64,000 nt of DNA, taken from the NCBI RefSeq assembly GCF_009914755.1, contig NC_060938.1. The stretch is one strand, 5' to 3'. The position numbers and the translations under genes were made by a program. Below, piece after piece: positions 13,861 to 27,859 of this stretch. A model generated the notes under the pieces. It saw only the letters and a program-made list of their open reading frames with translations, had not been told where the DNA came from and searched no databases. The stretch comes from the human T2T-CHM13v2.0 reference genome, Homo sapiens. Numbering within the stretch: the stretch's first letter is position 1; every line of letters starts with the position of its first letter.

Positions 13861-15384
13861 GGCTCAAATTTATACAAAGATCTAGAGATTTAAAAATTTT
13901 ATTTCAAGACTGTCTATGATGTTGTTCTTTTTATTTTTTATTTTTTTCAAAAAAGACCATCAATTCCCAGGATCACCCTGGACAGCTGGTTGCTCTCACC
14001 ACATTCCTTCATAAGGCTGCTTTTTCCATGGTATTAGCTTGTTTTGGAATATGGACAGGAGTGTTGGAAAGAGTGAAGAGTTCTTATTATGATCAATCTA
14101 ATGCCAGCCTCACTATCTTTCCTATTTGGACAGCCCCTAAGGATGCATATGGACCATCTCAATCTGCTCTCTCGTCTAGACAATCAGACATATCCTTCAT
14201 GGCAAAGGCAAAGAAACACATTCTTTTGAGAGCATCAGAGACCCATGGGTCTATTGTAATGACATTCTCTATGACAGCACTAGGTAATTCTTCAATACAT
14301 TTTAATTCACAGTAACCAAGGTGCCTCCAGGGACAGCAGGTCCTTCAACTCAGGCAGCAAATGGGAAATATTACATTTCCTCAATGTCAGGGCATCGATA
14401 GTAACATTCTGCATTAAGAAGCAGGTCTATGGGAAAGTTAGTGGAACCAGACTCTTTACCTGTAGTGGGCAGGGGCCAAGAGAAACAAAACTGGCATCAT
14501 TTTCAGGGTTGGGAAATCTAACCTGACCACACAAATAATTAAGCTGAAAGGCCACTTCATGCTCCCCCAATAAACCCAGATGTTGCACTTCACTTTAGGT
14601 AAACGTTATTTTTAGAGACATAAGAATTCAGCATCCAAAATTTATCACCCATCTGAGTGGGAGACACAGAACACAGAACAGATTTATATGTTTAGGGGGT
14701 AGGAATGGGGTTTAAGCTCAATAAAATCTTAACTGTGCTTTACTTTTTAATTTAACTTTCAAACATTTCTTTCCTGTTTTGTGACTGAGAATCTCGTACA
14801 TGTCACCCTTTCAGTGAAGTATCACAGGAAAGACATTTTTGTGGTGTTTAATGGAAATAATTTTTCTTGTGGTATTGCTCTGATACCCTGGGAAACTGGC
14901 TCCCAGAGATAAATTAGACTAAAAGCCATCTAGTGCTAATTTATTAAGCAGTCAATGGTTTAAAACAACTTTCTCTGTTTCAGCTCACTGGAGATCTGTT
15001 ACCGGCTCTTGAGAAGACAGCAAAGAGCCAAAGACTGATAAATTTCATAGATTATCCTGACACAGACAAAGTGAAGTGTTGGCATAGAAGGGTTTTGTAG
15101 CTGGGAAGGGGTAGTACACACTGTGGGTATGTCTATGCATGTGTACTTTACACACCTCCAACATTCAAACTTCAGTCTTCCACACTGGACCTCCCATAAT
15201 AGTAGTTGAATATGCTGAAGAAACAAAAATTCTCTCTCAGGAACAAGTCTCTATAAAGAAATATCTCCTAAATTTTCTCCTACTAGAGTGTACCACAGAT
15301 CAGAAAAGTTCCATCTGTAATGGAAAATATTCATGATCTTCCCCAGGGTTCTAAAGACCTCATTTTTCTACAGATGCCCTATGA

Positions 15385-15542
15385 CAATGGTTCTTAGCCT
15401 TGGTTTCAAATTAAAATCACCAGGGAGCTGATGTCTGGGCCCTACCCTTAGAGATTCTGATGACTTTGGTCTGAGGTATGGCCTAAACTTTGAAAGTTTT
15501 AAATCCAGGTGATTCTAATGCAGTAAAGCTCAAGAACCACAG
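15385..15542. mobile_element. MER5-family hAT-Charlie MITE
   Basis: TIR-like ends caatggttctta...caagaaccacag. 8-bp TSD ccctatga (15377-15384) / ccctataa (15543-15550). Confidence 0.85.
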
Positions 15543-15929
15543 CCCTATAAGATACTGTCAGAGATTCAGGTCTATCCCACATCCGTGACTACCAGGTGAC
15601 TAAGCTGTTACTATGTATCCCTTTTTTTTTCTGAAAATTCAGATCATGGTCACTGACCAGAAACACAGGGACATCAGAAATAAAGGACCAACAGTAAAAT
15701 GTTTTGCGTAGCTGCTCAACTCCAAATGCTATTCTATGTGAAGGAGACTGGATGATTGAACCTGTGGAGGAAAACGCAGCTAGAATAAAGTATTGAGAAG
15801 AGGGAAAATGACTTGCTGTTCATTTAAATTGAATTTTTTTTCAAAGGCAATATGCCACTGACCCTCTCTTCAAAGACAGAGAAGCTCCTGAGCAGAAGGC
15901 AATACTACCTTTTATGACCAGAACTAATA

Positions 15930-16118
15930 ATTACCCTCTACATCTTAAGATGCATAAGAATCACCTGTAGAGCTCATTAAATATGCAACTGCCTAGGTCC
16001 CACCCCGGGGAGATCCTGACTCAGTAGAGCTGGAGTGGGGCCCAGGAATCTGATGTTTTCAAAGCTCCCCAGGTGATTCTGATTGAGGTGCGCTGTGCCC
16101 CACCTTTGAGAAACACTG
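15930..16118. mobile_element. MER5A/B MITE
   Basis: gcataagaatcacctg...tggggcccaggaatctg...ccccaggtgattctgat...tttgagaaacactg. Confidence 0.85.
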
Positions 16119-16887
16119 AGTCATTCTATCTCCAGGCAACCTCATGAATGGTTCTTTTGCACAAACTGAATTGCTCTTCTTTGGTTAAATATATTATCAA
16201 AGTCAAGGAAAAGCAGGGATTGTGTCTTTAGTGAAATACACTGCAAAATATTTTTTGGAAGGCATTTAACTAAAATTTATATTGAGAAATCTTCAGTCCT
16301 TTTTGGGTATCCAAGTGCCTCAGCATTTCCTCAAATTACCTACAGAGAAGAATGAAGATGAATTTCTACCCACATACAACTCTACCCACAAATTACAGCC
16401 AATATAGTTCTTGGGAATAATGAGGGATTTTTCAAAATCAAAATCCCTTCATGCTTTGAGGGATCACAAACACTGATGAGGAAAATACAACCATGAAAAC
16501 AAGCACACATGCTTTATTCAAGGAATTTGGGAAAGGGAATGGATATATTCCTGCATGCTAGAAGTTACTCCTTTTTCATGATTAATATGGAAAAGCTGTC
16601 CATATTTATGTTGATTTTTTAAGGTGACACATTTTCATTATGGCAGTTTTACCCATTTAGCATCAAAGATAATGGAAAGAAACAAAATGTCATTTCCAGT
16701 TTGGGATGGAAATGTAATAACTGGAACTTACCCAGTCTCTCCTTCCAATTCAATGTGTGTGTGTTATCAGAGTAGAGCTGTACATCTGCAAGATGCAGCT
16801 ATAATTATTTGGCACAAAACTTTGGAATCCATAGCTTGTGAACCTAAAATTTACTCAGAATTTATAATTCTACTGTAAATAGGGAAA

Positions 16888-16978
16888 TGTGTATGCGTTG
16901 AGTGTGTGTGTTTGTGTGTGTGTATGTGTGTGTGCGTGTGTATGTGTGTGTGTTTGAGTGTGTGTGTGTGTGTGTGTG
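16888..16978 (+). repeat. Interrupted (TG)n microsatellite, ~90 bp
   Basis: Direct observation. Confidence 0.95.
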
Positions 16979-17599
16979 ATGGGGGCAGAGATGGATATTC
17001 CTCACTTCTTTGTGTTTTTCACTCAAAATTGCCCCGGTACTCTAAAGCTCTCCAGCCTTGAACATTGTTCCCGTGCTGTGCCCACGTTCCATTGGCACAG
17101 GCACGGAATGGTATGCTTGGAATGTCTCCACCCTCCAAAATATTTTTGGATCAAGCTTATCCCTTTTCCCTGAAAAACCTCTGTTGTACAGCATTTGCTT
17201 CACTGACTTTTATATTTTTGAATGTGGACCAAATCATGAAAACTCCAGGGCCCCAGTCAACTGTTAAAAGTTCTGTTAACCCTCTGACATCAACAGAATT
17301 CTCACTGAAGGAGAGCAAACATGGAGTTCTCTGCTTGGAGTCTAGTCTCTTGTGTCGTATTTACCTGCAGGCTCATTTCTAAATGCTCTTGAATTTAGAC
17401 TTCAGCTTAGAGAAGCTAATTACCATCCAATTTATGTGAAAATAAATGACTTTCTTTTGTAGTTTCCTCTAGATGGGCTTGTTTTTCCTAGTGCGAACTG
17501 ACAATCTCAGTCAAAGACTGGAGCCTCAGAGGGACTTGCAGGGGAGACTGCGTTTCCTCTAAGTCAAATTAGTGGGGATGTTTTCACTTGTATCCCTAT

Positions 17600-18115
<516 letters not shown>

Positions 18116-19583
18116 AATTTTTTCAATTACCATGGGTTTATAAAAGAAAAAATGACAGTGAAAAGATTTTATGTATCCTCAAGAAAACTATGATTAAAAT
18201 GAAAATTAAACTTTGTTTCTAACATATCTGTGATAGCAACATATTTTGGGGTCACTTAAGTGGGTATAGTGAAATACTTTGGAAAAAAATTCCTTTTAAA
18301 ATCTTGTTGGCATTTAAGTGACACTTTGGCAAAACACTATGAAAACATCTGGTCACATCTTCTCAACACTAATTTCTTCCCTAAATGTTGTTTTTAATAT
18401 GTCACAGTTGTTAAATTTGTAACAAGTAATGCCCTTGAGACTAAACAACAGTGCCTGGTATGTGAAAAATGGACAATGCATTTACAGCAGTAAAAACCAA
18501 AAGGAAATTTTAAATAAACATTTAATTGAGTACAAATAGCCTGAAAGTTATTTTGGTGGAACTTGCCCAATCTGTGTGCTGACATTAGCAGCAGGATGTT
18601 CTAAATAAACTCTGTTAAAACAAATGTTGTCTTCTTCAGTTGAGACATAACTGATCAGATTCAGTTCTTCTGAAGGATTATGGCTAGGGAAGGAACACTT
18701 GTTAGTTGGAAGGAAACTCTCCATTCATAGTCTCAGAACAAATGCATAACCACCAAAACACCAGGGAGAATGGAGCTGGGTATTTGGATATTGTACAGCA
18801 ACTTCAAAGTAGACAACAAAAAGGAGAAAAACCACCACCAACCACCGATGTTTGCATATCGGTTACCCAAAGTCCATGGGCCTGATTCACTTCCTCTCTA
18901 ACTCTAAAAGGATTTTTCCTTCTAGATAAAGCCCTGCATATTTGAATAGAATCCAACATATGTACTTGTCTCAGGCTATATTTTGCTCTTGCTGTATTAT
19001 AATTTTGTGCAGTGGAAAGTCTTGCAAAGTTCTACAATGAGGGAAAAATTCAAAACACAGATCATATTCAGGCAATTAGTAATGCAGCTGAGAAAGAGGG
19101 GCTGTGTATGTCATATAGCCAATTATTTGAAAACAATTATTTTTCAGTTTCATGTATTGACTATTTCCACATATGGATAGACAGATGCTTTTGAGCAGAA
19201 ATGTTTTTCCACTGATATGGAATCCTTGAAGAAACCAGATTGGCTTTGATGTGATTCAGAGATTGTGTCATTCATCAAATGGTTTTAAAGAATGTGACTA
19301 ACCTTAGGGTTCGTTCAACCTGAAAATAAACACAGATGGTTTTGGGTGAACAAACTATTTTCCATAGCAGATTTAACCATACATGTAATGGAATATGCAT
19401 CCTTTGTATTTAGTGCCACATTTGACTTAACATAAAAGCAATTAGAGTGAACATGAGTCAAACTTTCTAATATAGTAAATGTGTAACTTAGTCCCATCCC
19501 ATTGAAAAAAATTTTATATTGAAATATTTTAAAACATACAGAAGAGTTGTATACATATTACAAAGAACTTTTATTCTTGAATC

Positions 19584-19907
<324 letters not shown>

Positions 19908-20046
19908 TAGGCATAATTTTCTATTTCTCCTGAATAATTCAGTATGTTCTTCCTACAAATGACCTGCAAAGCAGGAAATTAACACTGATATATTATTACC
20001 ACCTACTCCAGAGTTTCAACTATTGCCCCAACAATGTACTTTATAG

Positions 20047-20234
20047 TAATGGATCTCAAACTTTAGTGTGCTACAAAATCAATGGGAAGTCTCAGTAAAT
20101 ACAGATTAGTGGGCCCAAATCCAGGGTTTCTGATTAAGTGGGTTCAACATGAGGTCCAAAATTTTATATTTCCAAGCAAGTTCCTAGGTGGTGCTGAAGC
20201 TGCTAATCCTGGGACCACACTTCAAGAACCATTG
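20047..20234. mobile_element. MER5A MITE
   Basis: taatggatctcaaactttag...gggaccacacttcaagaaccattg. 8-bp TSD ctttatag (20039-20046) / ctttatgg (20235-20242). Confidence 0.88.
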
Positions 20235-21949
20235 CTTTATGGCAAAAAATCCAATCCAAGATCACATGTTGCATTTAATGACTGTGTCTGTTTAGTTTCC
20301 TTTAATATGAGGACATTTTTCAGCTATTCCTTGACTTACATGATCTTGTGGTTCTGGCAGCGTACAGGACAGCTAACTATACAGACTATGCCTTAATATG
20401 GGTTTGTCTGATGCTTCTTCGTGATTAAATTCAGGTTATGATTTTTAGCAGGAATATATCACAAAAATGTTCATCTTATTGCATCCTCTTGGGTGGTACA
20501 GAATTTTAATTTGCCTCATTACTGGTGTTAACTTTGATCACTTGATTAAGATGGTCCTTGCCAGGCTTCTCTACTACAAAGCTACACTTTTTCCTTTACA
20601 TTTGTAATTTTAAAACATATTGTAGGGAGATAGTTTGTCACTTAAGTAAATATCCCATCTCTCATCAAATTCTTATCCACTAGTTCTAGCAGCCACTGAT
20701 GTTTTTTGCCTGAATTGATTATTACTACAACAATTGCCAAATGCTGTTTTCTAACTCTGTCTTCCCTTCTACATTTATTCATTGCTATTCTACTGTTTTA
20801 TTTCCCCCATTTATTTATTCAGTATTTATCAGTATAGACTGATGGATTCCTATTTTATTTAATGGGTTACAATCCATTATTTTGTATTTATTTTGATGCT
20901 TAAATTGTCCCAGAGTTGGCCTGTGGGAGTCCAGTCAAGCTGACTTCTGTGTCCTTTCTTTATGTCCCAGCATTACTTCAACATTCCCTTGCTCTCTTAT
21001 ATCAAAAGATGTTCTGGCTCTTCTTTTACTTTTTCTACCCAGACCCAAAATCAATCATTTTCTCAAAGAGACCTAGTTGCTTTTAATGGGGAATGGTATT
21101 TTAAGATCAAGATATAGGTTCAATTTATCTTTTACTATTGGTATATTGCTGCTCCTAGTCTCTCTCAGTAGACAGAGCTAGCAGATATATGTATATGTAA
21201 ACACACTCACACATACATACCAGAGTTACATCTAAATTTAACTCTCTGCTTATATTATTGAAATGTGCATGTGTGTACATATAGGCTTGCATCTATATAT
21301 TTCTATTTTGGCCTATGTATTGATAATCATGAGTTCATGCCTCCAATTCCAACCCAACATCACAGGATTCAATCTAGCTTTCTTCCTCTCTCTAACTCCA
21401 TTATTCTCAATATTTTTACTTAATTAGCCCCCAATATGTAACAATCTCCCAACTTAACCAGAATAAGAAGTTACTAATTATTAAAGGATACCTGAAGTTT
21501 CAGGAGGCTTTGTATACCCAAAGAAAACCAAGCTAGCATTTTTTTGGTGGCTTATAGGTCATCTTACCACAATAGTATCAACCTAAGCAACTCAAAAAAT
21601 TAACTCAGCTGCATTACAAAAAGTCAAGTGCTTTGAAGTGTGAGCTGCCTGTAGCTATCTCTACTTATACTCATCAGATACACAAGTTTTCCATTCTCTT
21701 CAGGGTCAGATCATGAAGTTAGAGGTGATCTCACAGCCTAACATAGTTTAAAGTTTAAGAGCTGACTCCTCCCTGTACCCCCTCCATAGGAATGACTGCT
21801 GTCAAGAAGACCCTCCAGAGCTCCTGGAAGGGGACATTGAGTTAAATATGACTAATTGAACACATATATTTACCTCCTATTCCACCTCAAATCTCACCAA
21901 AAGAGGGAATGGGGAGAAAGGAGGTATTAACTCAAACAAAGAGAACGGG

Positions 21950-22835
21950 TTATCAGGAAAATGCAAATCAAAACCACAGTGAGGTATCATTTCCACCCTA
22001 CTTGGGATGGCTATTATCAAAAAGACAAAAAATAAATGCTGACAATGATGCAGAGAAAAGGGAACTCTTACACACTGTTATTGGGAATGTAACCTAGTAT
22101 AACCACTATGGAGAGCAGTATGGAGAGTCTTCAAACAAAAAAAAAACAGCTATGAATAGAACTACCATATGATCCAGGAATCCCACTTTTGGGTATTTAT
22201 CCAAAAGAAAGGAAATCAGTACATAAAAAAGACATCTGCACCCCCATGTTTATTGCAACATATTCACAATAGCCAAGATATGGAATCAACCTAGGTGTCC
22301 ACCTACAGATGAATGGATAAAGAAAATGTAGTATATGTACACAATGGAATACTATTCAGCCATAAAAAAGAATGAAATCCTATCATTCCCAGCAACATGA
22401 ATGGAACTGGAGGACATTATATTAAGTGGAAATGAAATATCTCATGTTCTCACTCATATGTAAAAGCTAAAAAAAATGAGTGCATAGAAGTAAAAAGTAG
22501 AACAGAAGATACTAGAGGATGGGAAAGGTAGAGGGAAAGGGAGAGATTTGTTAAAGGATATAAAATTACAGCTAGATAGGACGAATAAATTCTAGTGTTC
22601 TATAGCACCATAGGATGACTATATAGATATAGTTTCAAATAGCTAGAATGAGAATATTGAATGTTCACAACACAAAGAAATGATAAATGAGATGGATTTG
22701 CTAATTACCCTAATCTGATCACTATACATCATATGTATCAAAACATCACTATGTACCCCATAGATATGTACAATTATGGCTTCCATTTAAGACATTTTAA
22801 AAATATGATTCTAAAAAAATTAAAAATTTAAAAAG
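21950..22835 (+). mobile_element. 5'-truncated L1MA (L1MA4/5-like) 3' end
   Basis: atcaggaaaatgcaaatcaaaaccacagtgagg...gatttgttaaaggatataaaattacagctagatagg, then A-rich tail. Confidence 0.88.
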
Positions 22836-22848
22836 CAAAACACCCCAC

Positions 22849-23242
22849 CGATATGGTTTGGATTTGTATCCCTGCCCAAATCTCATGTCGAATTGTAATC
22901 CCCAAAGTTGGAGAAGGGGCCTGGTAAGAGGTGACTGAATCATGGGGGTGGATTTCCTTCTTGCTCTTCTCATGATAGTGAGTGAGTTCTCATAATATCT
23001 GGTTACTTAAAAGTATACTGTAGCAACTCCCCCTTTCCTCTCTTCCTCCTGCTCTGGCCATGTGAATATGTGCCTATTTCCCCTTTGACTTTGGCCATGA
23101 CTGTAAGTTTCCTAAGGGCTCCCCAGCCATCCTTCCTGTGCAACCTGTGGAACCATGAGTCAATTAAACCTCTTTTCTTTATAAATCACCCAGTCTCAGT
23201 CTCAGGTATTTCTTTATAGCAGTGTAAGAATGGACTAATACA
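22849..23242 (+). mobile_element. MSTA-like MaLR solo LTR
   Basis: cgatatggtttggatttgtatccctgcccaaatctcatg...gaatggactaataca. Perfect 5-bp TSD cccac (22844-22848 / 23243-23247). Confidence 0.93.
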
Positions 23243-23249
23243 CCCACAA

Positions 23250-23830
23250 AAAACCCCAAAGGAAATGGAAAAGAAAATAATGGCAAAAAAAGTTTAGAAA
23301 AAATAAGAAACACCAGTATCTCCAAAATTGGGCATGGAAGGCAAACTTGAAGACAAGAAAATTCATTAAAGTTGACATAGGAAGCTACATTCATAAATCC
23401 TCTTCCTCATTGTTTGTTGCAGGCTGCAGTCTCTTCCATATCTGAGCAAAAAAACTTCCTCCACACTAGAAAAAAAAAAATCAAAAACCACAGAGGCCAG
23501 ATTCAGGGATGATAGACAGAGCTGAGAAAAGGTATCCATATTGAAAATGGGGATTAAGTGAAAGTCAAATTACTGAATGGTGAAAATTCTGACCCCCGTA
23601 CCCCCACCTCAAAATATTCAACATATACCCTTCTCCCCATATGACTCCAAGGACCTGACACAGGCTTTTATAATTCAGTAAAAGATTTAAGATTCCTTTG
23701 GGAAAATACACCAGCCCAAAAGATAAGACTCAAAATTCTGACAGTTTGGGGTTCTCTGATAAAATGACTAAGCCAGATCATCCTACACCAAAATCCACCA
23801 TTCGACAGCACACTGACTATCCTCATACCT
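23250..23830 (+). mobile_element. Ancient L1ME/HAL1-type 5' region relic
   Basis: ggggattaagtgaaagtc...ccagcccaaaagataagact; probably continues the fragment at ~21830-21950. Confidence 0.4.
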
Positions 23831-24391
23831 CTCCCTTAACTATGAATGAGCTGGAAAAAGAAAACTTCATAGCTCATGGGAGTATGGAAAAATTGTTTCT
23901 TTCAGAACATCATTTGCAAAGTTTTATATGGTGCCTGAACTTCCCAAGAACTCTTATCCCTCACAACAGATGACTAGAAAGGGACTTTTCCTTCATTTGA
24001 AACTGGAAGAACTATGATGTCAAGAAAATGGAGACAACTTCTAAAGGTGCTTTGCTCTCTCAACATCTTGGTGATTTTACATTAGGCACCTCTGGAAGTC
24101 ACATTAACCCTTCCATATAAAATGTAATTATTTACTTTGTAAATGTAATTAGTCCTGTAATTTTTCAACTTGTAGGAACTCTAAAACTCTACTGTATAGA
24201 TTGAGGTCATTCTAACCTCTACTAATTAGAGTCACTTAACCTATACTAATGCCAATTGACTACAAGTTCAGGGACTATAATCTGAGAAACCATGTACCTT
24301 GCTGTTTGGACAAAAGTTTCCCTTCCCAGGAATTCCAGCTCCACTTCCTGCAATTGAGTACCACAAAATTCTTCTGAATTCTTACATCCTC

Positions 24392-24812
24392 TGTCAGTTT
24401 AGGCCCTCTAAGAAGCAGACATCAAGACAAAATTAAACATGTAGTTGTTTTGAGGGAAATACCCATGGAAGATAAAGGTGAGAGTGAGAAGCAGCAGGAA
24501 GGAGATACCTTCAGATCACAAAGGAGTGAAGGAGGTTTGAGTAGGAAAAGCCTCAGACTACAATCAAGGTCTGAAATAGCAAGGCCAGGCCGATGAGAAA
24601 CCCCAGAGCAAAAACTGCCCATCAAAAGAGGCCCACATTGGGCAGGAAAGGCCCAGCTCCTGTACCCACAGCATGCTCAGCCATTGGCTGGGAGCAGCAG
24701 CTTTGTGAGATCACGAACTTGGTGTGAGTGAGTGTTGCAGTGGATCCCAAAGGTGCGGCAGCTGGAGGCTTGTGCTCCTGGAGGGAAATCTGAGCAGGGC
24801 TCTCTTCCACAG
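24392..24812 (-). mobile_element. ERVL LTR (LTR16-family-like)
   Basis: tgtcagtttaggccctctaagaagcagacatcaagac...ggaaaagcctcagactacaat...gctcagccattggctgggagcagc. Confidence 0.7.
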
Positions 24813-25576
24813 CTGCCATACCTCCTTTACCTGGAACCTGGAGATGCTCCTTGCAATGAATGATCCAGAGCAGCTTATAGTCAAAGGGAAGGCTGACTCT
24901 GGAACTCAAGCCTTCTCACTCAAAGGCCAGTAGTCTTTGTTTCTGGTGAGGGCCAGATGAATGAAGCATAAATAGTTTGTCCTGTTTTATCAGTAGCTGT
25001 CACAAGGCATCATTTCTTTGGCAGCAGATCTTAGCACAGTTTATATATTTAATATTTAACATATATCAGTAACCTATGACTCAAGCTGATCACAGACTCA
25101 AATATAATGTACCTTGTGGATGAGCAAGAAGTAAAAAGAGTGTAAGCATTTCATCTTGGCCGGGAAATAGATATGAATGTTCATGGAAGAATGAACAAAG
25201 GAAGAGGCTTGCAGGTAAATGTTGGCCACACTTGCTTGTCCTAGAAATGCCAATCACTGTCTCCCACTCCACTCTCTTCTCAAAGAATCTTGTTCCAATT
25301 TCAGCCCTAATGAGGAGATGAGTGCATGAAGCTATACTTGTACTGGGTTGTTCTTTTATTCTTTCCAGGTTGGGTCAATTAATTCTCTCTCTGGAATTTT
25401 GAACTGAGATTCACAGAGAAGCTGTTGTGAAGGAGCCATGGATAGCTGGAGGTAATGCCCTATAAAATCAAATTGGAGTCATAGGAGGTGTTATAAGTTC
25501 ATGCCATTTTCTAGTCAAACTTTTGAGGAAACAGTCCTTATCACCTTTATCCTATCACCAATTTATCTCATCTGCA

Positions 25577-25730
25577 TGAGCTTTGGATCTAAAAGATCTG
25601 GGTGCCAGTCACAGCTCAGCCACTCACTAGCTTGCCTCTCTGACCTCAGCTTCCTCATCAGTAAAGCACACAAACTAAGACTTGCTTTTCAGGCCTTTCA
25701 TAAGGAACAAAAATGATAATGTATATCATA
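25577..25730 (+). mobile_element. MIR SINE
   Basis: gagctttggatctaaaagatctgggt...cactcactagct...ctctgacctcagcttcctcatcagtaaa. Confidence 0.7.
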
Positions 25731-26518
25731 TACATTTTGTTTTGTAGGCTTACAAAACAAAAGTTGGAAATGCAGAGAAAATAGATTAGGAGTTAAGAAC
25801 TGTATCAGCATTAAGTAAGAGTTGGTTTAAGTTAACACTGAGATTATTTTGATTCCTTGACATTGTGCAGTTTTGTGGGACAAAATAGTTATCAATTGTC
25901 CTAACACCATCCTGGAAATTCTAAGACTCTTCCATGACCTCTTCCAGGGTCTTCCTAGTTAAAGCCTGGACTGAAAACAAGTAAGAAGCACTTTTTGGGT
26001 TCATTCAGTTTTGAGGTAACAATAAACTCATCTTCAGACTGCCTGTGACCTTTTCATAATGACACCAGAAATATGAATAGGACATATTTTAAAACTAGCT
26101 TATCTAGAAAACCTCTTGCCCATTCCCATTCCCATTTCCTAACACAACTTTTTTTCCAGATCTTGCACAAACAGGAAATCAGAGTAAAGCCATCATTAGA
26201 GACAGGTGAACATATTTCTCTTAAGGCAAACAATACTTTGCTATACATATGCAAAATAAAAACGGGCAATAAAGCAAGTCATAGGGTGATTCAGAAACAC
26301 TCCCCTCCCTACTCCCCTAGAAAACACTTCCTATGCTTGAAGTATTTTAATGGAGTGCAAGTCATTTGTGAGCCTGAATTATTCAGGTAAATGCCTCCTC
26401 TACTGCAGTTTGCATGTGCTGACATATATATGAGAATAAATGCAAACTAGCACAAGATTACCCTAAACACATGTGCTTCCATTTCCTTGGATCTCAAAAC
26501 CAATGAGTTACGCTAAAA

Positions 26519-26668
26519 CAATGGTTCTCAAAGTGTGGTCCCTGCACAGGCAGCATGATATAACCTGGGAATTTGAGAAAATTGCCAGTTATTGGACTCC
26601 ACCCTACACCTACTAATGAGAAACTTGAGGGTGTGGCCCAGCAATCTGTGGTTTCTAGATCCTTTAGA
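26519..26668. mobile_element. MER5A MITE, partial
   Basis: caatggttctcaaagtgtggtccc...gcagcat...acctgggaattt...ggcccagcaatctgtggttt. Confidence 0.82.
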
Positions 26669-27797
26669 TAAGCCAGTGAAAATTGGGCCTAGCATCACCC
26701 ATAATCAAGCTTTTCTTTCAAGGGTGAATAATATTAATACTTGTGCTGGGCCTAATAGTTTTGTTCTTTAGCTTTGTTTTGTTTTTCCTGACAAAGGAAG
26801 GATCTGAGTAAGGGAAGTCAATACTCTGGAAGACAAGTGACTTTCTGGGGGAAGGTGTTAAGCCCTTTCATTTTGTCCTCTTTGTTTAGCCCTTTTTATT
26901 CCAGTGGATATTTCTACTCTTATCTGGGACGCTAACTTGGTTTTTAATTTATTTTTCATTCTAATTCATCTGCAATGGATTTCCCATAATATTGTATTTA
27001 CCTCCTCTCTATTGGACATGATGAGTCTGCTGGTCTACTCACTCTTGAGTGAAGCTCTTTCTTTGAAAAAGCTATCTGTGTTTAAAATCTGTGTGATTCA
27101 TCTTTTCTCCATCCATTTTGAGGCTCCAAGGCCAGTGGAAGAGTTCTGACTCAGGTCCAGTTGCAGGGTACAAGCCAGTAAGTCATGTTGTTTCTTGATA
27201 CCACTTTCCCGTTTTTTTTTTTAACATCATAGCCAGTGTGTCAAGTTGGTTTGCGTCCCCCAGGAAGCAACACCAGTGACTGTTAGTAAAGGAACACTAC
27301 TTGGAAAGACCATTTTGAAGGCTCTAGTTAAAAGCAACAACTTAAAATGAAAAATTTTTAAGCTGCTTTATTTTGAAAGATTTTTGTTTTCAAAAATTAA
27401 ACATTGTAGTTCTTCAAGAACTCTGTAGTTGGAAATATTTTCTCTCATTAAAAACGCAAAGCCTCTGGAGGAAATGATACTCTGAGCTTTGTAGCACAAA
27501 TCAATGCCAAATGAAGGCCATAAACCATGTTTTGTTCTGCACTTGGCACAGTCTCCAAATATCTTGAACAAACAACGGCACTGTGCTTCAGACCCAGGGA
27601 CCCTTACTTCTCTGGAAATTTATGATTGTCCATTATAGGAAAGTAGAAATGCTGAGGATTAGCAAGTCTGGACTAGGATTGGAGGAGAAACAAAGAAATT
27701 ATTAAAAACATAAACAATTTGAATATTATGAGCACCTGTTTTCTAAAACCATTGCTTGGAAAAGCCATTCTTGCAAAGCCTATGTACTCAAAGGAAA

Positions 27798-27859
27798 CTG
27801 GCTTTGGGTTTAGATGATCAATCTCAGCTGGCTTTGGGTTTAGATGATCAATCTCAGCT
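27798..27859 (+). repeat. Perfect 30-bp tandem duplication
   Basis: ctggctttgggtttagatgatcaatctcag x2. Confidence 0.97.
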
